From: the human T2T-CHM13v2.0 reference genome, Homo sapiens
DNA: 64,000 bases
Reading direction: 5' to 3' (one strand)
NCBI RefSeq assembly: GCF_009914755.1
Contig: NC_060934.1
The notes beneath the pieces are model-generated. The model was given only the letters and a program-made list of their open reading frames with translations, did no database searches and was not told the origin of the DNA. This document shows positions 1 to 13,864 of the stretch, in pieces. The first letter of the stretch is position 1; the number at the start of each line of letters is the position of its first letter. The position numbers were made by a program, and so were the translations under genes.

Positions 1-99
1 CAATGTTGTGTTGCTGTTGTTTATCCTCCAAGTAATATCACAGCAGTAGTGGCAGAAGCCTCGCTATTCAGTGGGGTTGGGAACCCAGGAGTGTAGAGA

Positions 100-3000
100 G
101 AGCTACCATTGCCTTTTTCCTCATATATCATCCTTCCACTTGACCCCAGACAAAATGTAGTCATGGAAGTGCATGGCAGGGCAGAAAAAATAAAGTCACA
201 ACACTTTCTCTGGAGGACCAAAAAGAGGAGTGCTAGGGACCCTTTGGAGTCTGTAAAAAGCCACTGGATATACTTTACCTGAGAGACTGTGAAAAGGGAG
301 GACACCAAGAAGACATCCCCCATAAAGTAGTTTAAGAAATCCTGGGTTCACTTTCAGTCTGCACATGCGTGGATCTGATTCTACTGAGCATATAAAGATT
401 TAGAGGACAGAACTAATAACGAGATCATTGACCAAGTCTCAAATCCACCACAGGGTGGCACACATGTGGGCAAAATCTGAATAGCACTGTGAGGCACTGA
501 GCAGTGAACTGAGATTGAATTCACAGCCCACAGAAGGCAAGTTGAAACTTGTAGTCTGAACTTATTCAGGTTGCCTTGCCACTAAGAGAACCATATCAAC
601 ATTTGCCATAGAATTTAGATAAGAACCAGAGTACAAAACATAATATTCAAAATATCCAGGAATTAAGCCAAAATTACTTGCCATGGGAAAAAAAAAAACC
701 ACAAGAAACTTTCAGTTTGCATGAGAAAAGACAATTAACAGTCACAAATGTCAAGATGACACAGATGTTGGAATTACCTGATAAAGACTGCAGAGCATCT
801 ATTATTCGAAGGGCCTGAGAAGCAATAGTAAACACTCTTGAAAAAAATGGAAAAACGGAAGGTCAACAAATAAATAACATATAAAAAGAAGAATCAAATA
901 GAAATTTTAGAACTGAGAAGTATAGTAACCAAAATGTAAAACTCACTGGATGGGCCTATTAGCAAAAACAGAGAGGGAAAAAATGAAGAGAGCCCCAGAG
1001 ATCTGTGTGACAATAATAAAAGATTAAAATGCATGTCATTGGAATTTTAGAAATAAAGGAGAATCTTCATAAATATAATAGGCTATTTTCCTCTTCTCTA
1101 GTTTTTAAAATTTATTACATGTTTGAAGCAAAAATTATAACATTCATCTGATAACGTTTTTAATGTAAGTTGTTGTAATATGAAAACTATAACATAAAGG
1201 AAGGAAGGTAAGGGGACCTATGTGATGTTAAGTTTTCTATATAATGTACTAAAATTCTTAGAAGTTTACAAAAAAAGAAAGTGTATATATTTTAATTATA
1301 AGAGCAGCCAGTAATAAACAGATAAAGTAAAAACCATAATAGATCAATTAAAACAGAATAAAAGAAACTTAAATGTCACTCAATGAAAACAAAAAAGGAG
1401 AAACAAATGACAGATAGAAGTGACAGAAAGCAGACAATGAAATAGTAGAGTTAAATACTAATCTGTTAATAATAATCTTAAACACAGCAATTAAGAGAAA
1501 TTTTCAGAATGGATTTTTAAAAATTACTCAACTATACGCTGTCTACAATAAACTCACTTCAAAGATAACAAAATAGGTAAATGAAAAGAAAAAGGATAGA
1601 CAATTATGTCCCATGCAAACATTAACCCACAAAAGCCTGATTGGCTATACTAATATGAGAAAAGGATAGTTCAGAGCAGAGAAAATTACAGGGAGTCCTT
1701 GCATATGAAATAACAATAACAATCCTACACGCATGTGTATTTAACAACAGAGCTTAAATATGCAAAACTGACAGAAATTAAAGGACAAATACAAACATTT
1801 GTGATTATATTAGGAGATTTCAATATATCACTTAGTAATATAGAGAACTAGAAGGCAGATAGTCAGCAAGGACATTGAAGAACTGAATAAAACTATCAAC
1901 CAATTGCATATAATTGATGTTTACAGAACACTACACTCAATGACAGCAGAATACCCATTCTTTTTAAGTCCACATGGTACATTTACCAGGATACTCCATA
2001 ACCTGAATCATTTAAAAAACTTTATGAAGTTTAAAATAATTAAACTCTACAATGTTCTCAGACTTTCATGGAATTAAACTAGACATCAATAATAGAAAGA
2101 TGACTGCAAAATCAGCAAACATCTGCATATTACATACCCCACTTTAAAATAATCTGTGAGTCAAAGAGAAAGTTCCAAGATAAATTAGAAAAAAAATAGA
2201 ACTTAAAGAAAATAAAAGCACAAATAGATCAAAGATGTTGTGTACAGTTAAGGAAGTGATTAGACTGAAATTCACAGCAATAAATGCATTTATTAATTAG
2301 GAAAGAAGAAAGTTCTTAAATCAATATTCTATGCTTCTAACTTAAAAAATAAGAAACAGAGCAAAATAAATTCAAAGCAAGTTTAAAGAAGAAAAGAGTA
2401 AAGATAAGAGTAAAGATAAAAGATAAGAGTAAAAAATTTTTTGTTTAATTCAGACAACAAATATTAAGTATCAATGAAAGTAAAAGCTGGTTCTTTGAAA
2501 TAATAAATGAAATGGATAAATATCAAGATTGTTAAAAAAAGAGAAAATATATAAATTACCAACAGTAAAAATGAAAGAGGTGCTCTCACTAAAAATGACA
2601 TACATGTAAGAAGAATAGAGAGTGAATAGCCAGCTCAACTCTATGCGCTCTCTTCAATAATTTATCTGAAATGATACAATTCCTCAAAAACTGTAAACTA
2701 CAAATTCAGACAAGATGAAATAGACAAATCTTCTTACATATATTAAATAATTCGAATTTGTAGCTCAAGAGTCTCCTGAAAAAGAAATTCCAATCTCTGA
2801 TGATTTCCCAGTGTAGTTATATCAAATATTTTAAAAAATAACATCAGGTGTCGAAAATGTCTTTCAAATAATAGAATAAAAATTTTGTCTACATAATTTC
2901 ATGAAGCCTGCATCACTCTGTACCAAAACTAAAGCAGGACAGTAGAAAAAAATGAAAACTACAGACCAATATCTTGCATTAAAAGATGCAAGAATTGTCA

Positions 3001-3523
3001 ACAAAATATTATTAAATTTAATGAAGCTACATAAAAATCATCATAATGACAATGATAATCCACCATGATCAAATGGAATTCATCCCAGTAAAATATGACT
3101 TGGTTCAATGTTCGAATAGCAATCAATGTGATCCATCACATTTAGAGTTCGAAGAAGAAAAAATACATTATCAGATCAATTGATGAAGAAAAATAATTTG
3201 ACAAAATTGAGCATTCATTTATGATAAAAATTCTTTGCAAACCAGGAACCGAAAGGAACTTCCTCAATTTGATAAAAGGTATCTACAAACAAAATCTACA
3301 GCTACTATCATACTTAATAATGAAAGTGTGAATGTTTTCTTCTTCAGATTAGGAAAAACAAGGAATCCTTTCTCACTATCCCTATTCAACATAGTACTGG
3401 AACTTTTAGCCAATGCAATAGGCAAGAAACAGAAATTATTTTTTAGAAATAAATTAGACATGAATAAATAAAACTGTCTTTATTCACGGGGACATGCTTG
3501 TCTGTATAGAAAATCCCAAAGAA
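100..3523 (+). mobile_element. Old LINE-1 (L1M class), degenerate 5' region, ORF1 remnant and ORF2; continues at 4193
   Basis: A-rich plus strand with L1 ORF2 motifs (e.g. 'aaaagctggttctttgaaa', 'cacagaccaatatc'-like, 'ctattcaacatagtactggaa'). ORF 3235-3471 translates as an RT remnant (PFSLSLFNIVLELLANAI). Boundaries approximate. Confidence 0.85.
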
Positions 3524-4192
3524 CAAAGATCAAAAACAAATAACAGATGTTGGAGAGCATGCAGAGAAAGGGAGTGCTTATACACTGTTGGTGGGAATGT
3601 AATTTAGTACAGCCACTTTAGCAAACAGTATGGAGACTCCTCAAAGAACAAAAAATAGAACTACCATTTGATCCAGCCATCTCATCATTAGGTATCTACC
3701 CAAAGGAAAAGCAATCATTATATCAAAAAGGTATCTGCACCTATGTTTATTCTAGCACTATTCACAATAGCAAAGATATGGAATCAACTTAAGTATCCAT
3801 TAAAGGATGATTGGATAAAGAAACTGTTGTATGTATATACAATGGAATACTATTCTTCCATAAAAAGAATGAAATTATATCTTTTTGCAGCAATATGGAT
3901 AGAACTGGAGGCCATTAAGTAAAACAAGTCAGTAACAGAAAGACAAATACCACATGTTCTCACTTCTAACTGGGAGCTAAATAATGCGTACACATGGGCA
4001 CAGGGTGTGGAATGATAGAAAATTGAGACTTAGAAAAGTGAGGAACTAGGAGGACATGGACAATAAGAAATAACTTAATGGGTACAATATATGTTATTCA
4101 GGTGATGGATACACTAAAAGCCCCGACTTCACCACTAATCTATCCATGTAACAAAATTACACTTGTACCCCATAAATGCATACAAGTAAAAA
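3524..4192 (+). mobile_element. 5'-truncated L1 3' end (L1PB/L1MA-like) nested in the older L1
   Basis: Typical L1 3' segment ('tacactgttggtgggaatgtaa', 'atggatagaactggaggccatt', 'gtaacaaaattacacttgtacccc') with an A tail. The host L1 ORF2 resumes after it. Confidence 0.8.
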
Positions 4193-6043
4193 ATGTCTAA
4201 AATAACAAAGTTGACAAGGTTGCAAAAAGTAAGTCAATACTTAAAAATTAACCATTTTTTATATACTAACAATGTACAATTAAAACCAGAAATTAAAACA
4301 AAAACAATACCATTTATAATAACTCCAATAACAATGGAAACACTTTGGCATAAATCTGGAAGAAAATCAAATGGAGAATCTGTATGTTGAAAACTATAAA
4401 GTACTGTTGAAAGAAATTAAAGAAGACCTAAATAAATGAAGAGACCTACCATATTCAGGCATTACAAGATTTAATATAGGAAAGATATTAATTCTTCCCA
4501 ATTTGATCTGTAAATGAATTCAGTACTAACCAAAATTTCAGCAGAATATTTTGTATAGACAAGCTGATTCTAAAATTTATGAGGAAAGGCAAAGAAATTT
4601 GAATAACTAGAGTAATTTTGCAAAAGAAATATAAATTCATTCTGAGAAATCATACTGTCCAATTTTAATAATTACTATAAATCAAGTAATCAAGTAATCA
4701 AAACTATGTACTATTGGTAAGGATCAAACATGTAGATCAATGCAACAGAGTAGTGTCCAGAAATTAACCCACACAAGTGTGGCCAATTTATATTTGACAA
4801 AGCTACAAAAGCAATTCAATGAATACAAGTATCCTTTTCAACAAATGATGATAGAACAATTTGACATACACAGACAAGAAAATAAACCTTAACCTACATC
4901 TCATACCTCATATAAAAACTATCTCTGAATTGATCATACCTCTAAATGTAAAGTGCAAAACTAAAAATTTAGGAGAAACTCTTCAGGACCTAGGGCTATG
5001 CAAAGAATTAGAATTCTTAGATATGACAACAAAAGCCTGAAACATAAAAGAAAAAAATGATAAATGGGGTTTCGTCAAACTTAACAAACTTTGCTCTGCA
5101 CAAGACATTATCAGAAGGATGAAAAGACAAGCTGCAGACTGAGAGAATATATTTACAATTCACATATCTGACAAAAGACATGTACCGGTAGTAAATAAAG
5201 AACTCTGAAAACTTGACAGTGAAAAAACAAACAACACATTTTTTCCCAATGGGCACAAGATGTTGACAGACACTTCACCAAAGAAAAAACATGGATGTCA
5301 AATAATCACAGGCAAATATGTTCAACATCATCAGTGACTAAATGAAAAATTAGGATCGTGATGAAATATCACTGCCACATACTGAATGTCCAGACTATAC
5401 ACTACTGTCAATATCAACTCCTGTCAATGATGTGGAGCTTCTGGAACTCTTGCACATTGCTAATAGGAATGTAAGATGCTGCAGCTGCTGTGAAAAATGG
5501 CTTCTTTAGTAGCCTCTTCTAAAGTAATCATATGCTTATCATATGGCTTAGCAGCTCACTCCTGGGTATTGACTCTACAGAAATGAAAACTTATGTTAAC
5601 ACACAAAAATCTATACAGGGATACTTATATGTCTTTATTACTAATTGATCAAAACTAGAAATAACCCAAATGTTTCTCAATTAGAAAACAAATAAACAAA
5701 TAGTGACACATTCATACAGCGTGGGTATCCCTCAGCCATAACAAGAAACAATCACTGATACACGCAAGAACATGGATAAATCTCAAAAGCATCATGCTGA
5801 GTGATGCAAGCCAGTCTCAAAAAGTCATGTATTATATGATTTCATTCATACAGTAGTCCCCAGAAAAAAAAAAAAAAACTATCATGATGAAAACAGATCA
5901 GTGGTTGTCAGAGGCTGTGTGTGAGTGAGAGGTGGCATATAAAGAGTTTGCATGAGGGAATTGTTTTAGAATAATAGAATGGTTGTGTATGTTAATTATG
6001 GTGGTGGTTACATAGTTCTACACATGTATTCAAATTCATAGAA
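4193..6043 (+). mobile_element. Continuation of the old L1 (ORF2 3' part and 3'UTR); last piece resumes at ~7583-7630
   Basis: L1 ORF2 C-terminal motifs and L1MD/ME-type 3'UTR ('cagatcagtggttgtcagagg', 'ggtggtggttacat'). Confidence 0.8.
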
Positions 6044-7577
6044 ATGACAGTAGTAAAGACAGTGTGGTACGGACAAAAAAAAAAAAAAAAAAAAAAGACC
6101 GATCAATGGAGCAGAATAGAGAACCCAGAAATAATTCACATAAACATAGCCTACTGATCTTTGACAAAAGAGCAAAGACAATTCAATGGAGAAAGGACAG
6201 TCTTTTCAACAAATGGTGGTGAAACAACTGGACAGCCACATACCAAAAAAAATGAATCTAGACACAGGCCTTATACCTTGCACAAACATTAACTCAAAAT
6301 GAATCGAAGACCTAAATGCAAAACTATAAAACTTCTAGAGAATAACATATGAAAAAATCTAGGTGACCTTGGGTTTGGTGAGTTTTTAGATATAACACAA
6401 AAGCACAATCCATGAAGAGAAACTGGATAAGCTGAACTTCATTAAAATTAAGAACTTCTGCTCTGTCAAAGACACTGTTAGGAGAATGACTGAGAAAAAA
6501 ACAATTGCCTATCAGCTATCCAATGGCTAGTATACAAAATATGCAAAGAACTCTTAAACTTCAGAAATAAGAAAGCAAACAACTCAACTAAAATGGGCAA
6601 AAGATCTGAACAAGTAATTCACCAAAGATTTACAGATAGCATACAAAAAGATACTCAACAACACGTCATTAGTTAATTACAAATTAAAATAACAATGATA
6701 AACCATTGCTCACCTATCAGAACAGCTAAAATTTTAAACTCTGACAACATCCAATGCTCACATGGACATGGAGCAACAGAAACATTCATTCCTTGATAGT
6801 GGGATTTGCAAAATGATTCAGCATTTTGGAAGACAGTCTGGTGATTTCTGACAAAGCTAAACATCATTTTACCATACAATCCAGCAATCACCAAGTAAAT
6901 TTACCCAAATTATTTGAAAACTGATGTCCCACAAAAACCTGCATACAGACGTTTATAGCAGCTGTATTTAGAACTGTCAAATCTTAGAAGCAGCCAAGGC
7001 ATTCTTCAATAAGTGAATGGATACACTATGATACATCCATACAATGGAATATTATTCAGATTTTTTTATATGAGCCATCAAGCCACAAAAAAGACATAGA
7101 ATAATCTTAAATGCATAGTACTAAGTTAATGAAGTCAGTCTGCAAAGGCCATATTCTGTACAATTTTAACTATATGACTTCAAATTAGAAAAAACTATAG
7201 AGGCAATAAAGAGATGAAGGGTTGCTAGGAAAAGGGTGGATGAGAAGAAGGTAGGCATGAGTAGGTGGAGCCCGGGGGACTTTTAAGGCAGTGAAACTAT
7301 TCTGTATGATATCGTAATGGTAGATACATAACATTTATATTTGTCAACACCCATAGTACTGTGTAACACAAAGTGTAAACCCTAATGTAAAATATGGAAT
7401 TTAATTAATAATAATATATCAATATTGGTTCATTAACGATAACAAGTGTACCACATGAATGCAAGATGTTAACTGTGTGCAGGGTATGGGGGAGAGGAGT
7501 AGTATATGGAAACTCAACTTTCTGCTCAATTTTTCTGTAAATGTAAAGCTGCTTTAAAAATAATGTATATTAATTTT
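6044..7577 (+). mobile_element. 5'-truncated L1 (L1MC/MD-like) nested in the 3'UTR of the older L1
   Basis: L1 ORF2 end plus 3'UTR ('actattctgtatgata', 'aaaccctaatgtaaa'). Imperfect TSD aaa(tt/ag)catagaa at 6032-6043 and 7578-7589. Confidence 0.8.
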
Positions 7578-8199
7578 AAAAGCATAGAACTGTACACTCT
7601 GAAAGAAAAACTCTACTGATAATTTCAAAAACAAACTGAAAATAAAAGCAACCTAGGTGTATAATAACAGGGGAAAGTTTATATGTGCACACAGAAAAAT
7701 CCACTCGTTCATCATTCAACAAATATTTATTTAGATCTCCGTGGACTCTTTATGTCATAGTAAAGTAAAACATACATGCTCAGGATATTACCGTTTTTTC
7801 TTCTTCTTCTCTTAGTCAGTTAATTACTGTTGCTTAATCTGTATCTCATGCAACTCTCCAGTCTGTGGAACTGTTTTCCTTCTTTCATAGTCAGCTTAGG
7901 TTTCCTGGCTGAGCATTTTCTTCACTCTCTTGCTGCTACCCTTGCCTCACTTATCCTCTTGCCAAACTCGTGTGATATGTGTGCTGTCATTCACCTATTT
8001 TCCGTCTTCGCCTTCTCACATAGCTCAATGAGCGCTGTGGGAGAAAGCCCCGAAGCAGCCCTTGGCATGGTGGTCACTGCATCAGCTCTGACTTCAAAGA
8101 GGCGCACAGCACTAGGCAGTATTCCTCTTCTATCTTTCTTGAAAGATTTTACTTCACAATTGTGATTTTTAAATTACTCCATTTAAAAATAATAGCTGA

Positions 8200-9880
8200 T
8201 CCCACCACCCTGTTTGCTCTCAGCAGTTAAGCTTTTGCCACAAGTAAAATAGGAATTGTCCCATGAGCTCTACCAACAATTTCCACTCTAAACTGACAAA
8301 CGTAGACTCATCCTGATTCATTGCTCTTTGTTACTGCCTGTTAAAATGGAAAGCTTCTTCCTCAAGGAGTGTTCTTGCTTTCTTGGGACCTCATCCTATC
8401 AATTATTTCGCCATGATTTGCTCTACTATTGTCAAAAAATCTCTGTCTACAAACTTTTCCTTAAAAGCATTCATACTTTATTAAATCTTTCCCAGCTTTG
8501 GAAGAAAAAAAAAAACTTCAAATAAACATTAGAGCTTACCTCCTATCTCAATAAGGGAAACCTTATCGAGAGCCCTTTTCATTTCTCACTTTCTATTCAC
8601 TTCCTGATTCCAGTCATCTGATTCTTTGCCATGCAGCCATAAAATTGTATTCAAAAAGATACTAATGCTTTCTTTAATACCAAATCTAATTGACACATTT
8701 TTATCTTTATTTTCCTTGATCTTTGATCGGCATCTAAAATTTTCTTCCCTTGGTTTCTGTGACTTCATGCTCTGTTCTCTTCCTCATTTTTTTGTTTGCT
8801 CTTTCACAGACTCCATTGTCAGCTTTTGTTCTTTTATATTTCATTTATATGTTGGTCTTCATACTGTACACATAGTCCCTGAACAACTTCTTTCTTTCAT
8901 TCTTACAGATCCGATTATGTATCTTAACTCCAGAAGTCTCACTCTTGAATTTGCTTTATAACCAACCCCCATCAGCATCCTCTACTTATATTTCCAAGAA
9001 TACCTTAGAATTGAAATGAAAATCAAAACTCTTTATCTTCTCCCCTTCTTCAATAGTTTCTGCTTTAATTGTCTATCCAATTATCTAAACCAGAATCCTG
9101 GGATCTAGCCCTAACATATTCCTCTAATGCCTCATATCCAATCAATTTCCAAGCCCTCTTGGTTTCATCATCCAAACATCTCTTGAATGCGATATGTTAC
9201 TCTGCAATGTCAATCACAGCCTAAGTCAAACTATCATCATATCTCATATAAATTATGAATTTTGTCTTTTAACTGGTCTCCTGGCTTCAACTTTGTTTGC
9301 CTCTGGTATATTTTTTCACACAGCAACCAGGGTTATCTTTCTCAAGCAGAGTTCCGATTAGATCACTCCTATGCTTAAAATAATTCAATGGCTCTTCTGG
9401 TATTTAAGCTAAAATATCATCTCCTTAGCAGAGCTCACACTCTTTCACAATTTGACCCCCATCGAACTCTACTGACTCAGCTTTCATCACTTCCCATCCA
9501 CACTCTATTTCCCAATCAATCTGAACCATGTGCAATTTCCAGGATGCACACAGTTCTATCTCATGTCTACAGGTTCTATCTCAATGCCCTATTCTCAAAG
9601 AATGGAACACTCTTGAACTTTTTTTGCCATGCTATCTTCTATTTATTCTTTAATTCTCAGTTCAGATACCATCTACCCTAGATATCTTTTTCTGGGTAAG
9701 GACTGCCACAGTACTCTGTATTTATTTCTATCACAGCGCTTGTCCCACTATTGTAATAATTGGTTACTTGCCTACTCTTACACTAGTGGAACTTCTTGAG
9801 GGCAAATTTAAAATGCTGCGCCTAATTGATCTCCATGTTGCTGTCCAGACCCACAGACGATCAAGGAATGTTTAAAGAAG
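8200..9880 (+). mobile_element. LINE-2 remnant
   Basis: Pyrimidine-rich L2-type 3' region ('gatcactcctatgcttaaaa...ttcaatggct', 'aacttcttgagggca'). Boundaries approximate. Confidence 0.7.
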
Positions 9881-9998
9881 GAAGTTAGAAAATCAGAAAG
9901 AAAGGAAGAAAAGAAAGAAGGAAGGGAGAAAGGGAGAGAGGGAGAGAGGGAGAGAGGGAAAGGATGAAGAAAAAAAAAAAGGAAAGCAAAGAAGGAAG
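9876..9998. repeat. GA-rich low-complexity tract
   Basis: Mixed GAAG, GGGAGAGA and A-run repeats. Confidence 0.85.
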
Positions 9999-10229
9999 TA
10001 CATGCCCTTTAAGATTACAGCTATGTAAAGGTGCATCATACTAACAGATATTTTGTTCCGGGTATGAGATTATGGGTGATTCACTCCTAGTTATGAAACT
10101 GTGTTTAAAGTTGTTACATTGTTTCAATAATTAAAATGTTACTGATTTTTGTTCTACAAGTATGTGACAGGTACTCCTGGTATGACAGAGACTGCTCTCT
10201 GTTCTTCAAAAGGTGTTTCTTCTTCTTCT

Positions 10230-10590
10230 TCTTCTAGGCGCAGGCCTAGACTGGGTTTCATAGCCTTCCTCTCTGCCAGTAGGGCCATAGGACCAAGTTC
10301 CAGCAAAGAGACTATGAACAGTAGTGACATGTACCACTTCAGGATTTGATCCTCAAAGTCCTCTCACGGTGATCCTCTGCTCTTTCTTCCTGTCTGGAAG
10401 GTGGCCAGAGAGAGCATCATGAACCTAAAGGAGGGGAGAAATACAATTTAAAAAAGTCCAAGTCCTTGAGTGATTGCTTGAAAAGTCTCCCTACCAGAAA
10501 CACTCGATTGGGCTTTATTTGGGTGAGATTGAGTTTCTATGGGGTGAAATTATTGAAGTTTGAGAATTTATCTATATGGCAGTTAAGCTA
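10230..10590 (+). mobile_element. Possible MaLR (MLT1-type) LTR remnant
   Basis: Degenerate similarity to the MLT1 3' end ('tttctatggggtgaaattattgaagtttgagaatttatc'). Confidence 0.4.
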
Positions 10591-11239
10591 AAGTACTACA
10601 CTTGGTGAACAGTTTAACATGGAACCACCTAGATACTGAGATGACCTTGATTTATAATTGGCTTGTTGTAGAGCACATGGGAAGCTGATATCACCAAAGC
10701 TGATTCCTACAGCTATGGAAGGATAAAATTTATCAGTTAGTAAAAATAATTCTATCACGAACAGTTTGAATGTAAGGGAATACTAGATACAATATTGTCC
10801 ATCCCTCCATATTACACGTGGGAACTCGGAGGTGCAGAAAGGGAAAGCTGAGTCATGTGTTGCTAAGTCACGCTCTGCTTTCAACTTTCCCAACCACATG
10901 TCAGGATGCCTTGTCTGGGACAACTCACAGTTCATTGATTGTCCAGATAGCAACATGTGTGCTCTGGCTGCCTAGACGTGACACTCCTTTTCAAGCCTCC
11001 ATGGGCACTCTTCCTGAAACTGCCTCTGTGGTTGAGGAGGATCACCTTCTCAGAGAGAGGAGAATAGTTCTTTGACGAAGAGCATTCAAGGAGCTGAAAT
11101 TCCCTGCTAGAACATTTAGAACACTTAGTCCTCAGCCAAGAGGGTTCTTGTGACCTTGGACTAAGAGCAAACTTGCTTAACCAGATATGAAAAAATAAAA
11201 TAAAATAGTATGAGGTAAAAATGAATTAATTAATTTTGT

Positions 11240-11760
11240 TATATTGTATTTTAAAATTTCTGTTTAGTAAAGAATGCTGTCGATTTTATTAACCAATGAC
11301 AGACTGGGAGATGATTGTGGAAAGATATAATCCCTTATTCATTTCTGGTAGAAGTGCAAAATGAGATGCCATTTGGGGCTATCTGATTTAGAAATATCTG
11401 GGAGTGTGCATGGAAGTTACGTATGTGCACACTCTATGATTCATCCATATCACAAAGAAAATTTCTGCATAGGTCTACAAGAGGTTGAGTAGAAGAACAG
11501 AAGGCATTCAACTGTCCATTGCTAGAAGAATAAAAGTAAAATGGGAAGGATGAATACTGTAATAAAATGGATCACTGAGAATTTATCAGAACATTGATGA
11601 TCTGCATAGTACAACATAAATAAATAGAAAACAAGCAAGCAAATCACTGAGGGAATTAAGTATAAAACTAAGCTGTATATTTTGTGTAAACAGATATATG
11701 TGTGTATGTATACATATCCACATATATATCTGCATATAATGTACACTTAAAAACATACAA
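11240..11760 (+). mobile_element. L1ME-like fragments
   Basis: Degraded L1 3' motifs, A-rich. Confidence 0.5.
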
Positions 11761-11789
11761 AATAGCATAAGATTATTTTTCCTTTTTGT

Positions 11790-13330
11790 CAATAAAATGT
11801 TCAGGCATAGAAAAATATACATCATTTAACCAAAAACTTATAAATGTTTCCCTTGGTTTAAAAAATAAAACATTTCAAATAAAATTCAACCCCATAAGTA
11901 ATTGAACATTAAACCTCCAAGAACATATTCTCTTATCTCTGGCAAGAGTTTAAAATTAGTCTGCCCTTGCTTATACTTTTATGCTCCTCCTACATATGTA
12001 TTTGTGCAGAAACAATATACAGTATTATTTTATATGTTTAAAGCTTTCTAAAAAAGATATCATACTGCATGAATCCTTTTGCAACCAGCTTGATTTATTT
12101 AACTTTGTGTTTTTGAGTTTTCTCTCTGCTGTTGTTTGTACATCCAGTATGTTTATTTGACTGTACAGTATTTCATTGTGTGAATATACTACCTAGTACT
12201 TTCCTTGTCATCATGGGCAGATCATTTCAATTTTTTGACATTACAAGTCATTTTGAAATGAGCATTTTTGTATATGTCTTCTTGTTCACATGTGTATGAA
12301 TTCACCTATGGTATAATACTAAATCTGAAATTCCTATAACAGTAGTGTTTGCATTTATCTAGATATTGTCAAATGATTCTCCAAAGTGGTGACTCCAATT
12401 ATATTCTCACTGCTACCGCATGGATGTACCTGCGGTACATCCTTTTTCTTTACTGACATCTCTGCTAACATGTGGCACATTCAGATAATATTGTTAGTTG
12501 TTGCCTTATAAAATTTATTTATCTGATGAATACGAGAAGTCTTCTGAGGTTGAGAATCTTAACATGTATTTATTTACTCTTTGGGGTTTACTTCTTCATA
12601 TCTTTTTTTTTTGTTTTTCAATTTTCATCTATTTTCTTATTGATTTATAGTAATTCTATATACACTACTGAATGCTAATTCTTTGTCAGTTTTGTGCACA
12701 GCAAATATGCTTCCTGATCTGTGGGTTATCTTTTCCATTTGTTTGTATTTTTGATGCAGAATATTTTTAATTAAAAGTTTGAAATCCATCTTTTCTTTAT
12801 GTTCACGTGGTTCTTGATGTATTTGAAAAAGCATTCTCCAATATCGAGGTCATAAAGATATTTGCTATATTTTCTGCTAAACATTTTAAAATTTTACTTT
12901 TTACAATTACATCTTTAACCGACTGGAATTGATCTGTTTTTACAGTATAAAGATGGGATTCAATTTTTTTTTCATATGGATAAGCTACTATGTCAGAACC
13001 TTTTACTGGAATGATCCCTTCTTCCCAACTGCTTTGTAATGCCAGCTCTGTTGCACGTCAATTTTCCATCTGATCAATATGTTTTCATTGTCTACCACGT
13101 ATTCAACTGTGTTCTAAGCACTAGTTACGTATCAGTAACAAAATAATTACACCTGATTCTCATTCTGCATTTCCATCCTGTTTCTTAGAGTTGATATCAC
13201 TATGTCTAAAACACTGTTTAATGACTATAAGGTTTATTTGGTCATGTTATCTAATAAAAAAGTTCCTCTCCTCTTATTCCTCTTTTTTTCAAATTATTCT
13301 GCCATTCTTGCTGCTCTTATCAAAATACAC
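11790..13330 (-). mobile_element. Old L1 (L1ME-like) 3' region, antisense
   Basis: T-rich plus strand with antisense L1 motifs ('tctccaaagtggt', 'ttttcatatggata'). ORF 12637-12834 is an L1 ORF2 remnant. Confidence 0.7.
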
Positions 13331-13486
13331 ATATACCTAAAATATTAATATATATGAGTACAAATATAATTTCTATAACAAACCTGTGTCTTAGGTTGCT
13401 TTCCCCAAAAGCAGAGCCTGAGAAGAATTCTTGTTGAAGTGCTTCTCTTAAGAAAAGAAGAATGAGAGAAGCAAGAAGCAAGGTAG

Positions 13487-13864
13487 ATGGAATACTATCC
13501 AGCTGTAAAAAAGAATGAAATCATGTCCTTTGCAGCAACATGGATGTAGCTGGAGGTCATTATCCTAAGCAAATTATTAACACAGTGACAGAAAACCAAA
13601 ATACAGCATGTTCTCACTTATAAGTATGAGCTAAATATTGGGTACTCATGGACATAGACTTGGGAACAATAGACACTGGGGACTACTAGAGGAGGGAGGT
13701 AGAAGTGGGGGCAAGGGGCAAAAAACCAATTGTTGTGTACTTTGCTCACTAACTGGTGACAGGATCATTGGTACCACAAACCTCAGCATCACACAATATA
13801 CCCCTGTAACAAATCTGCACATGTACTCCCTGAATATAAAATAAAAGTTGAAATTATTGTTTTA
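13487..13864 (+). mobile_element. Short 5'-truncated primate L1 3' end (old L1PA/L1PB) with a 14-bp TSD, inserted in an older LTR-like fragment
   Basis: 'atggaatactat...aaaagaatgaaatcatgtcctttgcagcaacatggat...ctgcacatgtac'. Perfect TSD aagaagcaaggtag at 13473-13486 and 13865-13878. Confidence 0.92.

Noticed and set aside
2396-4700. Tiny tandem duplications (aaagataagagt at ~2400-2430; atcaagta repeated at 4681-4701)
   Set aside because: Ordinary slippage within dead L1 sequence.
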